From Pseudobdellovibrionaceae bacterium (lineage in GTDB: Bacteria; Bdellovibrionota; Bdellovibrionia; Bdellovibrionales; Bdellovibrionaceae), in assembly GCA_039810425.1 (NCBI GenBank), contig JBDHWW010000007.1:1-64000 (forward strand): 64,000 bases of DNA, written 5' to 3'. Below are positions 45,579 through 55,446 of this stretch, piece by piece (position 1 is the first letter of the stretch; the number at the start of each line of letters is the position of its first letter). The notes under the pieces were generated by a model. It ran no database searches and had not been told where the DNA came from. It saw only the letters and a program-made list of their open reading frames with translations. A program made the position numbers and the translations under genes.

Positions 45579-46472
45579 ATGAGAGTTAAACACTCGCCCC
45601 GAAAATTTCTGGCCATTTTTTCGATTTCAGTTTTGCTATCATTACTGACGGTGATTTTTGGGGCTCCTCTCATGCGCGTATTAAGAGTTACTTACGGCGC
45701 GCTTACTTATTGGCTCTTGGGTGTCGCGGTGGCGGCGTTCTTCTGGTTTATCGAGGCACCAGCTCTCGCACTCTTTGTAGGCTCTATTTGGATGACTTTA
45801 GGGGTTTACATGGAACTGGAGAGAAAAGGCCTTCGATGGACAACCTCCGCCCTCATTGGGATTGTTTCAGGCTGCTTGTTCTTTGCTGGCGCGGCCCTGA
45901 TCAACCTCGATAAAGCAGGGGTGCATGATCTTGCTGCGGCTAAGACCCTTGTAGAACAGTTCATCAACGACAAGATCGTAGCGATGAATCCTGGTTTGCA
46001 AATAGATGCCGGTCTTTTGGTCCAGCTCATCCCATCAGCGATCGTCACTATTTTGGTAGTGGCCCTAGGTGTTGGGTTGATGTTTGAGAAAAGAGTTTTT
46101 TCCTGGTTGGATTTGCCAAGGGAAAGAGTGGCTTCTCAACTCAAATTGTTGGAATTTCGCCTTCCAGATTTTGTGATCTGGGTTGCGATGAGTGCCTTCC
46201 TTCTGACAATGGAGAACTTCAACGTGAAGGCGTTAGAGATTCTTGGATTAAATATCGTCAACGTTTGCACGGTGCTTTATTTCTTCCAAGGCTTGGCAAT
46301 AATAGAGGTAAGCCTCAGATCTTTCAAGGCCGGTGCTTTGCTAAGAGCTGTGACTTATTTATTACTAGTCGGCCAATTGTTCCCAGCAGTGTGTGCAATT
46401 GGTCTGATTGATTACTGGGTTGATTTCAGAAAGCGCCTCAAAAAAATGAGGCTGGCGTCTGGGAAAAACTAG
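45579..46472 (+). CDS. DUF2232/YybS membrane protein
   Basis: Polytopic with QGLA and [12 protein letters not shown]; upstream of rplI. Confidence 0.85.
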   Translation: MRVKHSPRKFLAIFSISVLLSLLTVIFGAPLMRVLRVTYGALTYWLLGVAVAAFFWFIEAPALALFVGSIWMTLGVYMELERKGLRWTTSALIGIVSGCLFFAGAALINLDKAGVHDLAAAKTLVEQFINDKIVAMNPGLQIDAGLLVQLIPSAIVTILVVALGVGLMFEKRVFSWLDLPRERVASQLKLLEFRLPDFVIWVAMSAFLLTMENFNVKALEILGLNIVNVCTVLYFFQGLAIIEVSLRSFKAGALLRAVTYLLLVGQLFPAVCAIGLIDYWVDFRKRLKKMRLASGKN

Positions 46473-46488
46473 AAATAGTGAGGATCAA

Positions 46489-46932
46489 ATGAAAGTTATT
46501 CTTTCAAAAGACGTAAAAGATGTGGGTAAAGTTGGCGATCTCGTTAACGTATCTGAAGGTTTCGCGCGCAACTTCTTGTTCCCAAGAAAGCTGGCTTCTG
46601 AAGCTACGGAAAAACGCGTAAAAGAGTGGGAACACTTGAAGCGCGTTGCTGATGCGAAGAAGAAAAAAGCGATCGCAGAAAGACAAGCGGTTTTGGCGAA
46701 AATCAGCGGTACAACTGTAAGCTTCAAAGTGGCTGCCGGCGAGAACGACAAACTCTTCGGTACAGTTACCACCACTGATATCTCTAAAGAGTTGGATAAA
46801 GCAGGTCACTCCGTAGACCGCCGCGATATCCACTTGGAAGAGCCGATCAAAGTTCTTGGCCAACACAAAGCGGTTATCCGTATGGGTGAAGGCTTGGAAG
46901 CTAAGATCATGATCAACGTTGAGCGCGCGTAG
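46489..46932 (+). CDS. rplI: 50S ribosomal protein L9
   Basis: [16 protein letters not shown]. Confidence 0.98.
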   Translation: MKVILSKDVKDVGKVGDLVNVSEGFARNFLFPRKLASEATEKRVKEWEHLKRVADAKKKKAIAERQAVLAKISGTTVSFKVAAGENDKLFGTVTTTDISKELDKAGHSVDRRDIHLEEPIKVLGQHKAVIRMGEGLEAKIMINVERA

Positions 46933-46961
46933 TTCTGCCGTTGAACTAAGTTCATATTATG

Positions 46962-46994
46962 AAAGGGATCCTGGAAACAGGGTCCCTTTTTTTT
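46962..46994 (+). terminator. Intrinsic terminator after rplI
   Basis: GGGATCCTG-GAAA-CAGGGTCCC followed by T8. Confidence 0.9.
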
Positions 46995-47106
46995 GGACGT
47001 TCCGCCCTTGGTCACCGCGCTTGAAGAGAGTTCATTCCCACCGTATTTCTGGTGGAACTTGCGTGGTGATTTGCTATAACGAGGACGTTTTAACGGGAGA
47101 AAGCCA

Positions 47107-47511
47107 ATGAAAAAGCAAGTTATAGCAACAGCGTTGATGGTCTTAACGGCTCCGAGTGCCTTTGCCGAGAGCTCACTTCGCCTGGGTGCTTATACAGGCC
47201 AAACAGGCGATGGCCGCCAGTGCGGTGTTCGCATCGGCCCGTCGGAGTTTCATGAAGGCAATACGCGTGTTGATTTTTCTTGGCGCAAAGACGGTGGCGG
47301 CTATGAGGCCGGCTATGTTGAGGTGAAATCTGAAGACCAAAGAATCGTCGGAGATACCTTTATCGGCAAGTCGTCGTACGATATCGCTGTGGCGAAGCTG
47401 AAGCTAACGCTCGCTAGTGATGGCTCTCCAGTTGAGGCCAAGATGGGCCTCGGGATGTTCATAAAGTTTGGCTACGATGAAATCTGCTATGAGCTGATTC
47501 GGAACCTGTAG
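47107..47511 (+). CDS. Secreted hypothetical protein
   Basis: Signal peptide ending AFA; two Cys; beta-rich. Confidence 0.8.
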   Translation: MKKQVIATALMVLTAPSAFAESSLRLGAYTGQTGDGRQCGVRIGPSEFHEGNTRVDFSWRKDGGGYEAGYVEVKSEDQRIVGDTFIGKSSYDIAVAKLKLTLASDGSPVEAKMGLGMFIKFGYDEICYELIRNL

Positions 47512-47541
47512 TTCTTTAAATTTCAAGCATCTTTGCTAGAA

Positions 47542-47733
47542 CTAAGAAAGCCGCTCTTTAGCGGCCAAAAGAACGTCTTGCAGGTACTCGGCCATGATCT
47601 CGCGCAAGTCTTCAGTAGTGAGCGTTTCTGCTGTTTTACCGTGTTGCTGCATGAGTGTCTGAAGCTCGCGGCGAATCTCCCCTTCTGGAAGTCCGGTCGC
47701 AAGAATGACCATCTCAAGAAGTGCATTACCCAT
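47542..47733 (-). CDS. Small helical hypothetical protein
   Basis: GGAGG 5 nt before ATG 47733; 63 aa. Confidence 0.7.
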   Translation of the reverse strand: MGNALLEMVILATGLPEGEIRRELQTLMQQHGKTAETLTTEDLREIMAEYLQDVLLAAKERLS

Positions 47734-47886
47734 GTTAGCCTCCATGCTTTGTGGGTTTGTCTTCATGACAAAATCATTGCACCAATCGGTTAGTCGGAAC
47801 TCAACCAAATGGTGGCGCCTTCATCGGATTTAGTCCTAGGTCTTGTCCCAATTCGTCCCCATGGGGGAAGTGCGGAACCGTGCTAG

Positions 47887-49302
47887 CTATGTGCCGGCAC
47901 CAGGGGCGAAATTACGCGGTTTGCCTGACATTGGCGGCGGCGCCTGCGGAGGCGGTGCCATGGTCATGGGACCCACGGCCTCTGGCTCTGGATCACGGAA
48001 GCGTGAGAACTTCGCATCGAAACGGAGCTTTACTGTGCCCGTCGCACCGTTACGTTGTTTCCCGATGATGACTTCGGCATGACCTTGCTTATCTGGATCA
48101 TCTTTGTCGTAGTAGTCGTCACGATAAAGCATCATGATAACGTCGGCATCTTGCTCGATGGATCCGGACTCACGAAGATCCGAAAGCATTGGACGGCGGT
48201 CAGAACGGCCTTCCACGCCACGATTCAATTGCGCAAGTGCAATGACCGGAATCTGCAACTCTTTCGCAAGAACCTTTAAGGCCTTTGAAATTTCGGAGAC
48301 CGCGCGCTCGCGGCTTTCAACTTTTTGTTTCAAATCCATCAATTGTAAATAGTCGATCATTACGAGGTCTAGACCGTGTTGCGCCTTCAAACGGCGGCAA
48401 CGTGCGCGGATCTCGAATGGGCTCACGCCCGGAGTATCGTCGATGAAAAGACTTGCTTCGCTTAAAGTCCCAGCGGCGCTGATGAGCTTCGGCCAAGAAG
48501 AATCTTGGATACGACCGGTGCGGATTTCACCCATACTGACTTTTGCTTCCGCAGAAAGAAGACGCATCATCATCGATTCTTTGCCCATCTCGAGCGAGAA
48601 GTAAGCCACGGTCTTCTTCATGCGAAGAGCGGCGTGCTGGGCGATGTTCAAGCTGAATGCGGTTTTACCCATGGAGGGGCGGGCGGCGATAATCGTCAAC
48701 TCACCTGGATGAAGACCCGCAGTTAGGTCATCCATACCTTTAAACCCTGTTGCCAGGCCCGTAATGTCTGCTTTGCGCTTAAAGAGCTCTTCGATTCTTT
48801 CGATGGAAGATTTTACGATCTCCATTGAGCCGACAAGACCCTGTTTGGCCTTGTTTTCGCCGACCTTCAAAACCTCGGCCTCGGCTTGGTCGATCAAGCT
48901 TTCAATATCAGCGTAGTCCTGATTGTAGGCACGCTCGATCAAACCATTGCTGGTTGCGATCAGGCGGCGAAGCAAAGACTTTTCCCGCACGATCCCGGCA
49001 TGAGTTTGAATGTTGGCTGCTGAAATTGTTTTATCTAAAAGACTAACGAGATACTCTGGGCCACCGGATACCTCAAGTTCATCGCGTGATTGAAGCAAGT
49101 TAGTGACAGTGATGATATCGATCGGCTGGCTTTTTCCGTGGAGATCTTTAATCGCCTGATAAATCTTTTGATTTGCGGGCTTGTAGAAGTCGTCTGTATC
49201 AATCAAGTCTGCAACTTGGTCGAAGGCTTCTTGATCTAACATCAAGCCGCCGATAATCGACTGTTCAGCCTCCAGATGCTGAGGCGGGATACGTGCGCTC
49301 AT
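47887..49302 (-). CDS. dnaB: Replicative helicase DnaB
   Basis: ARPSMGKT, DYLQL, DLRESGSIEQDAD, KQRNG. Confidence 0.99.
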   Translation of the reverse strand: MSARIPPQHLEAEQSIIGGLMLDQEAFDQVADLIDTDDFYKPANQKIYQAIKDLHGKSQPIDIITVTNLLQSRDELEVSGGPEYLVSLLDKTISAANIQTHAGIVREKSLLRRLIATSNGLIERAYNQDYADIESLIDQAEAEVLKVGENKAKQGLVGSMEIVKSSIERIEELFKRKADITGLATGFKGMDDLTAGLHPGELTIIAARPSMGKTAFSLNIAQHAALRMKKTVAYFSLEMGKESMMMRLLSAEAKVSMGEIRTGRIQDSSWPKLISAAGTLSEASLFIDDTPGVSPFEIRARCRRLKAQHGLDLVMIDYLQLMDLKQKVESRERAVSEISKALKVLAKELQIPVIALAQLNRGVEGRSDRRPMLSDLRESGSIEQDADVIMMLYRDDYYDKDDPDKQGHAEVIIGKQRNGATGTVKLRFDAKFSRFRDPEPEAVGPMTMAPPPQAPPPMSGKPRNFAPGAGT

Positions 49303-49408
49303 AACCCCTCCTGAGACACGGTACTACCAAAAACTCTAGAACGACAATGCGGGACACTCATCGTAGTTAACCAAGGATGGCCCGCTGATGAAAAGTCAGG
49401 ACGTTCTC

Positions 49409-49708
49409 TTAGTTATTTTTCTTAACACGAATTTTGTAATTGTCGATTTTCTTTTTCAAAGTGTTGCGATTGATGCCTAGCATTTGCGCGGTTTTAACTT
49501 GGTTACCGTTGTAGGCGCGGAGTGCTAGCTCGAGCAGAGGTTTTTCAACCTGTTCAATAACGACGTTGTAAAGACCGTTCAGCTCTACTTGGGCTTCTTT
49601 TTGCTGCGCAAATAGAACTTCGAGCTTGCTTTTTACAAGCTTTTCGAGGCTTACAGATTGAAGATTAGCAACGAAAAGATTGTCTGAACTGTTCAGGTTC
49701 GGCGTCAT
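49409..49708 (-). CDS. fis: Fis-family DNA-binding protein
   Basis: LY..V...VEKPLL...GNQ..TA.MLGINRNTLKKK. Confidence 0.8.
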   Translation of the reverse strand: MTPNLNSSDNLFVANLQSVSLEKLVKSKLEVLFAQQKEAQVELNGLYNVVIEQVEKPLLELALRAYNGNQVKTAQMLGINRNTLKKKIDNYKIRVKKNN

Positions 49709-49776
49709 GGAACTCCCACTTATTCAAAATGTAATTTGCTGAAATCACAAGCCAGGAAACTTAAGCCGGCTTTTGA

Positions 49777-50430
49777 CTATACTCCGCGTTTTTCAGGAGA
49801 CCAAATATACTTATGCAGTTGCAATTGCAACCTCGCAGATGAATTTTTTTGCAAAATAGTTTCTGCCAACCAGCGTTCAGCAATTTGACCGTATGATGGG
49901 CTGTATAAAACCACATATTTTTCAAATAAATCATGTTGACGACAGAATTCTTCTGACCACTCGAGATCCCCTTCAGAACAAATCACAAACTTGAATTCCG
50001 TGCTGGGAGCTGCGAAGCGGAGATTGTCTATCAGGAAAGAATCTGCAGCACCGCTATCTGGAGTTTTCACGTCGAGAATGACCTTCACCCGTGAATCCAC
50101 ATGCGCTATGCTCTTCGAGCCGCTGGTTTCTAACGAAACAATGTGGTTGTCATCGCACAAGGCCTTCATCAAGGCGTGTACGGGGCTTTGCAACAGCGGC
50201 TCACCACCCGTAATGCAAACATATTTTGTTTTGTGCGATTTAATTTCTTTGATGATGCCATCAAGAGACTGGTTTTCGCCTTCGTAGTAAGAATATTTGG
50301 TGTCGCAATAAGTACAGCGGAGATTGCACGCGGTGGTTCTGACAAAAACCGTTGGGTTGCCCATATAGGTCGTTTCGCCCTGAATGCTGTAGAAGATTTC
50401 ATTTATTTTTAATGTCAGGCTTTTTAGCAT
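49777..50430 (-). CDS. queE: 7-carboxy-7-deazaguanine synthase (radical SAM)
   Basis: EIFYSIQGE, CNLRCTYCDT, TGGEP, QLHK. Confidence 0.9.
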   Translation of the reverse strand: MLKSLTLKINEIFYSIQGETTYMGNPTVFVRTTACNLRCTYCDTKYSYYEGENQSLDGIIKEIKSHKTKYVCITGGEPLLQSPVHALMKALCDDNHIVSLETSGSKSIAHVDSRVKVILDVKTPDSGAADSFLIDNLRFAAPSTEFKFVICSEGDLEWSEEFCRQHDLFEKYVVLYSPSYGQIAERWLAETILQKNSSARLQLQLHKYIWSPEKRGV

Positions 50431-50534
50431 GTTCCAGACCCTTGTCGTGACTCTATGTACCCAGACCATATCCTTAGGTCAAGGCCGGCTCCCCAAAGCT
50501 TTCCCTATTGTAATATGTCCTGTAAATTTTTGTA

Positions 50535-52919
50535 ATGAACCTCATTTTAAAAAAATTCCGTCATGACATTCTCGCCATCTCATTTCTTGGACTTGCGTGC
50601 TTCTTGGGTTTGGCGCTTGCGGGTTTTAACCCGATGGATCCTTCCCTCAACTCGCTGGGGCAAGGGTTAAGAGCGGCGAATTACTGCGGAATAGTGGGGA
50701 GCTTTCTTGCCGATCTTCTTTATCAATTTTTCGGTCTGACTTCGTGGCTTTTGGTGGCGGGTTTTTTGAAGCTCGCAGTGGCGGGCTTCCGTCGCGAGGA
50801 CGTGGATCTGAAGAACATTCGTTTCATCTTGGGCCTGTTGCTTATCATCAACCTATCGAGCCTGCTGTCGCTATACATGCCCGAGAAGAAGATCTTTGCG
50901 AATCAGATTTATCTTGGGGGGCTCTTGGGTTTGGGCGTTTCTCAGGCCCTATTGCGTGCGTTTAACTACGTAGGTGTTCAGGTGGTTCTTTGGAGCCTTT
51001 CTGCGGTTCTGGTGGTGTTCTACTCGGAAAAAACCGTGAAAGAGCTTGTTCGCCTGCCCGTTGAGGCTTGGAACGCCGTTTCTGGGTGGGGTGTTATAGC
51101 CCGCATCCAAAAAATGTTTATCTCTTCTGTGCCTAAGAAAAAAGGCAAAAAAGCTGCGGAACCGGCCTCCAGTAAGGGTTTTTTCAGCATGAAGAATGAA
51201 GAGTTTGTGGAAAAGTCTGAGGATAAGTCGTCACCTGCCCAAGACTTGTCTGCGGCGAAGCAGCTTCGTCTCGAGGACGGCGACGAGGAAGTCGATGGCA
51301 GCGATGAGACCTATGAAGACACTGAGATTCCGGTGTCAAAAATACCCGCTAAGCGTAAAGTCGTTCTGAAGGCGCGCGTTCCCCAAAAAGTCGCTAATTG
51401 GCAGATGCCAAAGCTTTCTTTGCTCGAAGATCCTCCGGCAACCCGTATTAAAGTCGACGAGAAAGAGATCCGCAGAAAAGCGGATTTGCTAGTGGATAAG
51501 TTGAAGCAGTTCAATGTCGAAGGCCAAATCGTTGCCGTAAAACCTGGGCCCGCAGTCACGATGTTCGAATTCAAACCCAACGCAGACGTGAAGCTCAGTA
51601 AGATCACGGAGCTTGCCGACGACTTGTCGTTGGCGCTGAGCAGCGAGTCCTTGCGTATTATCGCGCCAATTCCGGGCCGTGACGTCGTTGGTATCGAGAC
51701 TTCGAATGCGCAACGTGAAACTGTTTATCTGAAAGACATGCTGGCGGAAGATACGTTCTGGTCTGAAGATTTGAAGCTGCCCATCGCGCTCGGTAAGCAG
51801 GCCAACGGTGACCCGAAGATCGTCGATCTTCGTAAGATGCCGCACTTGCTCGTCGCAGGGACGACGGGCTCCGGTAAGTCAGTTTTCACCGTGTCTTCTA
51901 TCACGGGAATGTTATTCAAGCACTCCCCTAAAACTTTGCGCTTAATTTTGGTTGACCCGAAGCAAGTGGACTTGGCGGCGTTCTCGCAAGTGCCTCATTT
52001 GATCATGCCGCCGGTGACAGATCCCAAGAAGGCCGTGTCGGCCCTTCGCTGGGCCGTGAAAGAGATGGAAAAGCGCAACAAATCGATGTCGAAGTTCGGC
52101 GCGCGTAAGCTCGAAGAGTTCAATGAAATGGTTGCGAACATGCCGGCGGATAAAATTGCCGAGCATCAGAAGTTTAATGAAGAACTCGAAAATCAAGGCA
52201 TCGCAAAGCTGGAACAGTACTACTACACGCCACAACCTTACATCGTGATCGTGGTGGAGGAGTTTGCGGATTTGATGGCGGTGGATAAAGTGAATGTCGA
52301 ACAAACGATCATCCGCTTGGCGCAGATGGCCCGTGCATGTGGCATTCACCTGATGCTCGCGATGCAGTCGCCACGCAAAGAAGTTGTAACGGGTTTGATT
52401 AAGACGAATATTCCTGGCCGCATTAGTTTCAAAGTTGCCGGCAAAATGGATTCGCGGATTATTTTGGATGAGATGGGTGCGGAGCGCTTACTTGCAAATG
52501 GGGACATGCTCTTCTTAGCTCCGGGCGTTTCAAAACCAATGCGTCACCACGGTCCCTTCTTGAAAGACCAGGAAATTAATGGCGTTGCCAAATTCTGGTC
52601 AGATCAAGCAGAGCCAGAGTTCGATCCACTGGCGATGAAAGCACTTGATGGCTTCGCGGGTGGCGGCGGGGCCGATGGCGACTTCGCCGGGGCAAGTGGG
52701 GAGGGTTTTGATGACCAAGAGTACGACGAGCGTTATGACGAAATTCTTTCTTGGGCCGCGGACCAAAAAGAAGTGAGCGCGTCGCTCATACAAAGGAAGT
52801 TCCGCCTTGGCTATCCACGGGCCGCGAGAATTATTGAAATTTTCGAGAAAGAAGGCGTTGTGGGACCAGCCAACGGCAGCAAGCCGCGTCAAGTTCTTGT
52901 GAATAGTTTGAGAGAATAG
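50535..52919 (+). CDS. ftsK: DNA translocase FtsK
   Basis: N-terminal TM domain, AGTTGSGKS, and gamma domain QRKFRLGYPRAAR. Confidence 0.97.
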   Translation: MNLILKKFRHDILAISFLGLACFLGLALAGFNPMDPSLNSLGQGLRAANYCGIVGSFLADLLYQFFGLTSWLLVAGFLKLAVAGFRREDVDLKNIRFILGLLLIINLSSLLSLYMPEKKIFANQIYLGGLLGLGVSQALLRAFNYVGVQVVLWSLSAVLVVFYSEKTVKELVRLPVEAWNAVSGWGVIARIQKMFISSVPKKKGKKAAEPASSKGFFSMKNEEFVEKSEDKSSPAQDLSAAKQLRLEDGDEEVDGSDETYEDTEIPVSKIPAKRKVVLKARVPQKVANWQMPKLSLLEDPPATRIKVDEKEIRRKADLLVDKLKQFNVEGQIVAVKPGPAVTMFEFKPNADVKLSKITELADDLSLALSSESLRIIAPIPGRDVVGIETSNAQRETVYLKDMLAEDTFWSEDLKLPIALGKQANGDPKIVDLRKMPHLLVAGTTGSGKSVFTVSSITGMLFKHSPKTLRLILVDPKQVDLAAFSQVPHLIMPPVTDPKKAVSALRWAVKEMEKRNKSMSKFGARKLEEFNEMVANMPADKIAEHQKFNEELENQGIAKLEQYYYTPQPYIVIVVEEFADLMAVDKVNVEQTIIRLAQMARACGIHLMLAMQSPRKEVVTGLIKTNIPGRISFKVAGKMDSRIILDEMGAERLLANGDMLFLAPGVSKPMRHHGPFLKDQEINGVAKFWSDQAEPEFDPLAMKALDGFAGGGGADGDFAGASGEGFDDQEYDERYDEILSWAADQKEVSASLIQRKFRLGYPRAARIIEIFEKEGVVGPANGSKPRQVLVNSLRE

Positions 52920-52993
52920 TCTCTCAAACTTGACTCCGTTTCCGGACATGATCTGATTGTAATCCTTAAACAACAAGTTCAAGGAGGACATCA

Positions 52994-53566
52994 ATGTTTA
53001 AAGCAATCATCGCGGCTCTTGGTTTGGCAGTTACTGTTCAAGCTCATGCGGCCCCATCGGTTTTCGACGTCGTAAGAAATATTCAACAAGCGGCCATCAT
53101 GGACCAAGCTCACACTCAAGGTTTGGATTGGAAAGTTGGCGATTCAAATTCATACACTTTGGACATGGGTTTCATCAAAGGTTCAATGGTTATGACCATG
53201 AGACAAATCGCTGCTGACGGTTACTGGTTGGATCAAGATATGGATTTAGGCTTTGCTGGAAAACAAAAAGCTCAAATGCTTTTGGATCCAAACACGGGCG
53301 AAATCAAAAGAATGGTTGTTAACGGTCAAGACCAACAAATTCCAAAACAAAACATAGAAGTTGTTGAAGTTGTTGAAGACCACATCACTGTACCTGCGGG
53401 TTCTTTCGATTGCATTCATGCCCGCATCAAAGACAAAGACACTAACCAAGAAACAAATGCTTGGATCAACCCACAACTCATCCCACTTTCTGGCATGTTG
53501 AAAACAATCCAGCCGAGCCAATTTGGTCAAGTGACAATCGAGCTGAAGTCTTTCGTTAAAAACTAA
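52994..53566 (+). CDS. Secreted beta-rich protein (DUF3108-like)
   Basis: Signal peptide AHA, ITVPAGSFDC motif, strong AAGGAGG RBS. Confidence 0.75.
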   Translation: MFKAIIAALGLAVTVQAHAAPSVFDVVRNIQQAAIMDQAHTQGLDWKVGDSNSYTLDMGFIKGSMVMTMRQIAADGYWLDQDMDLGFAGKQKAQMLLDPNTGEIKRMVVNGQDQQIPKQNIEVVEVVEDHITVPAGSFDCIHARIKDKDTNQETNAWINPQLIPLSGMLKTIQPSQFGQVTIELKSFVKN

Positions 53567-54441
53567 TGAATTTGATATCGGTAAGAAGAGCTGCGCTACT
53601 TTGTGCGGCTCTTTTCTTTTTTCAGGGCTCCATTGCGGTTTCCGCCGAGAACAAATCTAAAAAAGCGGAGACCTCCAAAGATATTATCGAAAAAGCCTAT
53701 AACCTGAGCTTGCAGAAAGACCGCTCCCAAGCGATCAATATTCTCGTTAATGCGATCAAGCAGGAAAATGCCGGCAAGGTAGATACGACGGAGTTAAGAA
53801 AGGCTCTGCAGCAGGTTTCTTACTTGTTCTATTCCGATCGCGCACAACAGGCCTATGAATTGGCGCTTTCTCTGCGCCGGACCGACCCGGGCCAAGCGCT
53901 TCAGAAAATGAACGAGGCGGTCAGAATCGAAAGTGACAATCTAACGCTGTTTAATGAAATGCAAAGAATGATTTTGATCAAAGGCGACTGTTCGGGGGTC
54001 TTGGAGAATGTCTCCAAAGAGCGTCTGCAGGATCCTTTTGATGAAAACCTGATTCTTTTGCAAGGCCAGGCCCAAGGGTGCCTCAATCAGTGGGATGAAT
54101 ATAAAAAAACCCGGGATCTTTTCGATACAAAGAAATCCACTTTGGCTAAGTTTTGGCAATCGCTCGAAATAGACCTCGCGTTTTTTGAAAAGAGCTCGGG
54201 TCGCGCTAAAGATATGATTGCGGCCCTGCAAAAGATCGACGAGAAGTACCCTGAACTTCACTATTGGCAATGGCGCGTTGCAAGTAGCGTAGACAAGCCG
54301 CCTTTGGCGCAACGTTACCTCAAAGAATGTAAAAACATGTCGGCAACTCTTTACAGACAGTATATGACAGACGTGAATCTCTGTCGTAGAGTAGCCGAAG
54401 TTGAGGCCGCTGCAAAAAGCACAAATGGAACCAATGAATAA
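53566..54441 (+). CDS. Exported helical/TPR-like protein
   Basis: Signal-like N-terminus and helical repeats. Confidence 0.7.
   Translation: MNLISVRRAALLCAALFFFQGSIAVSAENKSKKAETSKDIIEKAYNLSLQKDRSQAINILVNAIKQENAGKVDTTELRKALQQVSYLFYSDRAQQAYELALSLRRTDPGQALQKMNEAVRIESDNLTLFNEMQRMILIKGDCSGVLENVSKERLQDPFDENLILLQGQAQGCLNQWDEYKKTRDLFDTKKSTLAKFWQSLEIDLAFFEKSSGRAKDMIAALQKIDEKYPELHYWQWRVASSVDKPPLAQRYLKECKNMSATLYRQYMTDVNLCRRVAEVEAAAKSTNGTNE
53586..53622 (+). terminator. Terminator-like hairpin inside the 5' end of the next ORF
   Basis: AAGAGCTGCGC/GTGCGGCTCTT followed by a T-rich tract. Confidence 0.6.
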
Positions 54442-54589
54442 AGCACTTTTAGCTACAATCATTGTTTTTGGAATTACCGCCTGCGGGGTGAAGGGGAAAC
54501 CTTTGCCACCACTAGAACCGCCGTCCATCGGGATTGGCGATCCTGTCCCCAACAAAAAAGACGAAAAGAAAAATTATCAGAAAAGGTGA
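54434..54589 (+). CDS. Small LppL/LptM-like lipoprotein
   Basis: ITACGVKGKPLPP, upstream of dapF. Confidence 0.75.
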   Translation: MNKALLATIIVFGITACGVKGKPLPPLEPPSIGIGDPVPNKKDEKKNYQKR

Positions 54590-54594
54590 TGTGA

Positions 54595-55446
54595 ATGGCT
54601 TTCTTGCCAATTCCCCTTGTGAAAATGTCCGGCGCCGGAAACACGTTTGTTTTAGTGGATGCCACCAGCAGATCCACTTGGCTCGATATCGAAAAACAAT
54701 TGCGTATTAAGCGCATTCCATTTGTAAAAATGATTTGTGACAGAACGCTCGGCGTAAGTGCCGATGGTGTTTTGTTTCTGCAAGAAGGCGTTGATGGCAA
54801 TGATTACGTTTGGGACTTCTACAATGCCGACGGGTCCACGGCTGATATGTGTGGAAATGCCGCGCGTTGTTCCGCTTTGTATGTGAATGAATATTTGAGT
54901 ACGGCGGTGACCGGCACATACAAGTTTAAAACGGGGGCTGGCCAAGTGGTTGCACAAGTTCTGGGTGACGAGCGTGTTCGGGTTTTGATGCCACCGGTAA
55001 AAAGTTATCAAGAATTCAAAACCCTCGAGATCGACGGGCATCCGCACACGTTTTCTTATGTGAACTCAGGTGTTCCGCATTTAGTAATGCAGCTTGCGAA
55101 CTACAAACATGCCGCCGACTTAAAAGAGATGGCCCGCAAGGCCCGTCATCATAGCGATCTTGGAGCAGAAGGTGCGAACGTCACGTTCTACGTGCGCGAG
55201 AAAGAGAGCTTGATCAAAGCCGTGACCTTTGAGCGCGGAGTTGAGGACTATACCCAAGCTTGTGGCACAGGGGCGGTCGCGGCTGCCTATGTTGAGTTTA
55301 TGAAATCAAAAGTTCGCAATATTGACGTCCACATGCCGGGCGGAATTTTATTTGTACAATTCCCCGAAGAGGGAAACCATCCCCTGATGACTGGAGAAGC
55401 GGTCTTTGTGATGGAGTTTCAATATTTCTATGAGGTGGTCGGATGA
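54595..55446 (+). CDS. dapF: Diaminopimelate epimerase
   Basis: GAGN, MCGNAAR, GVPH, ERG, ACGTG. Confidence 0.96.
   Translation: MAFLPIPLVKMSGAGNTFVLVDATSRSTWLDIEKQLRIKRIPFVKMICDRTLGVSADGVLFLQEGVDGNDYVWDFYNADGSTADMCGNAARCSALYVNEYLSTAVTGTYKFKTGAGQVVAQVLGDERVRVLMPPVKSYQEFKTLEIDGHPHTFSYVNSGVPHLVMQLANYKHAADLKEMARKARHHSDLGAEGANVTFYVREKESLIKAVTFERGVEDYTQACGTGAVAAAYVEFMKSKVRNIDVHMPGGILFVQFPEEGNHPLMTGEAVFVMEFQYFYEVVG

Noticed and set aside
47820..47850. Possible sigma28 promoter (minus strand) for the 63-aa gene
   Set aside because: Spacing between CAAG and TCCGATGA is too short and the match is weak.
47887..49302. Inteins in DnaB, GyrA or GyrB
   Set aside because: Protein lengths are ordinary and no splicing motifs are seen. 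The GyrB insert is the known TOPRIM insertion.
49777..50430. queE as part of a 7-deazaguanine DNA-modification (dpd) system
   Set aside because: No dpdA/tgt-like or other que genes are nearby, so ordinary queuosine synthesis is the simpler explanation.
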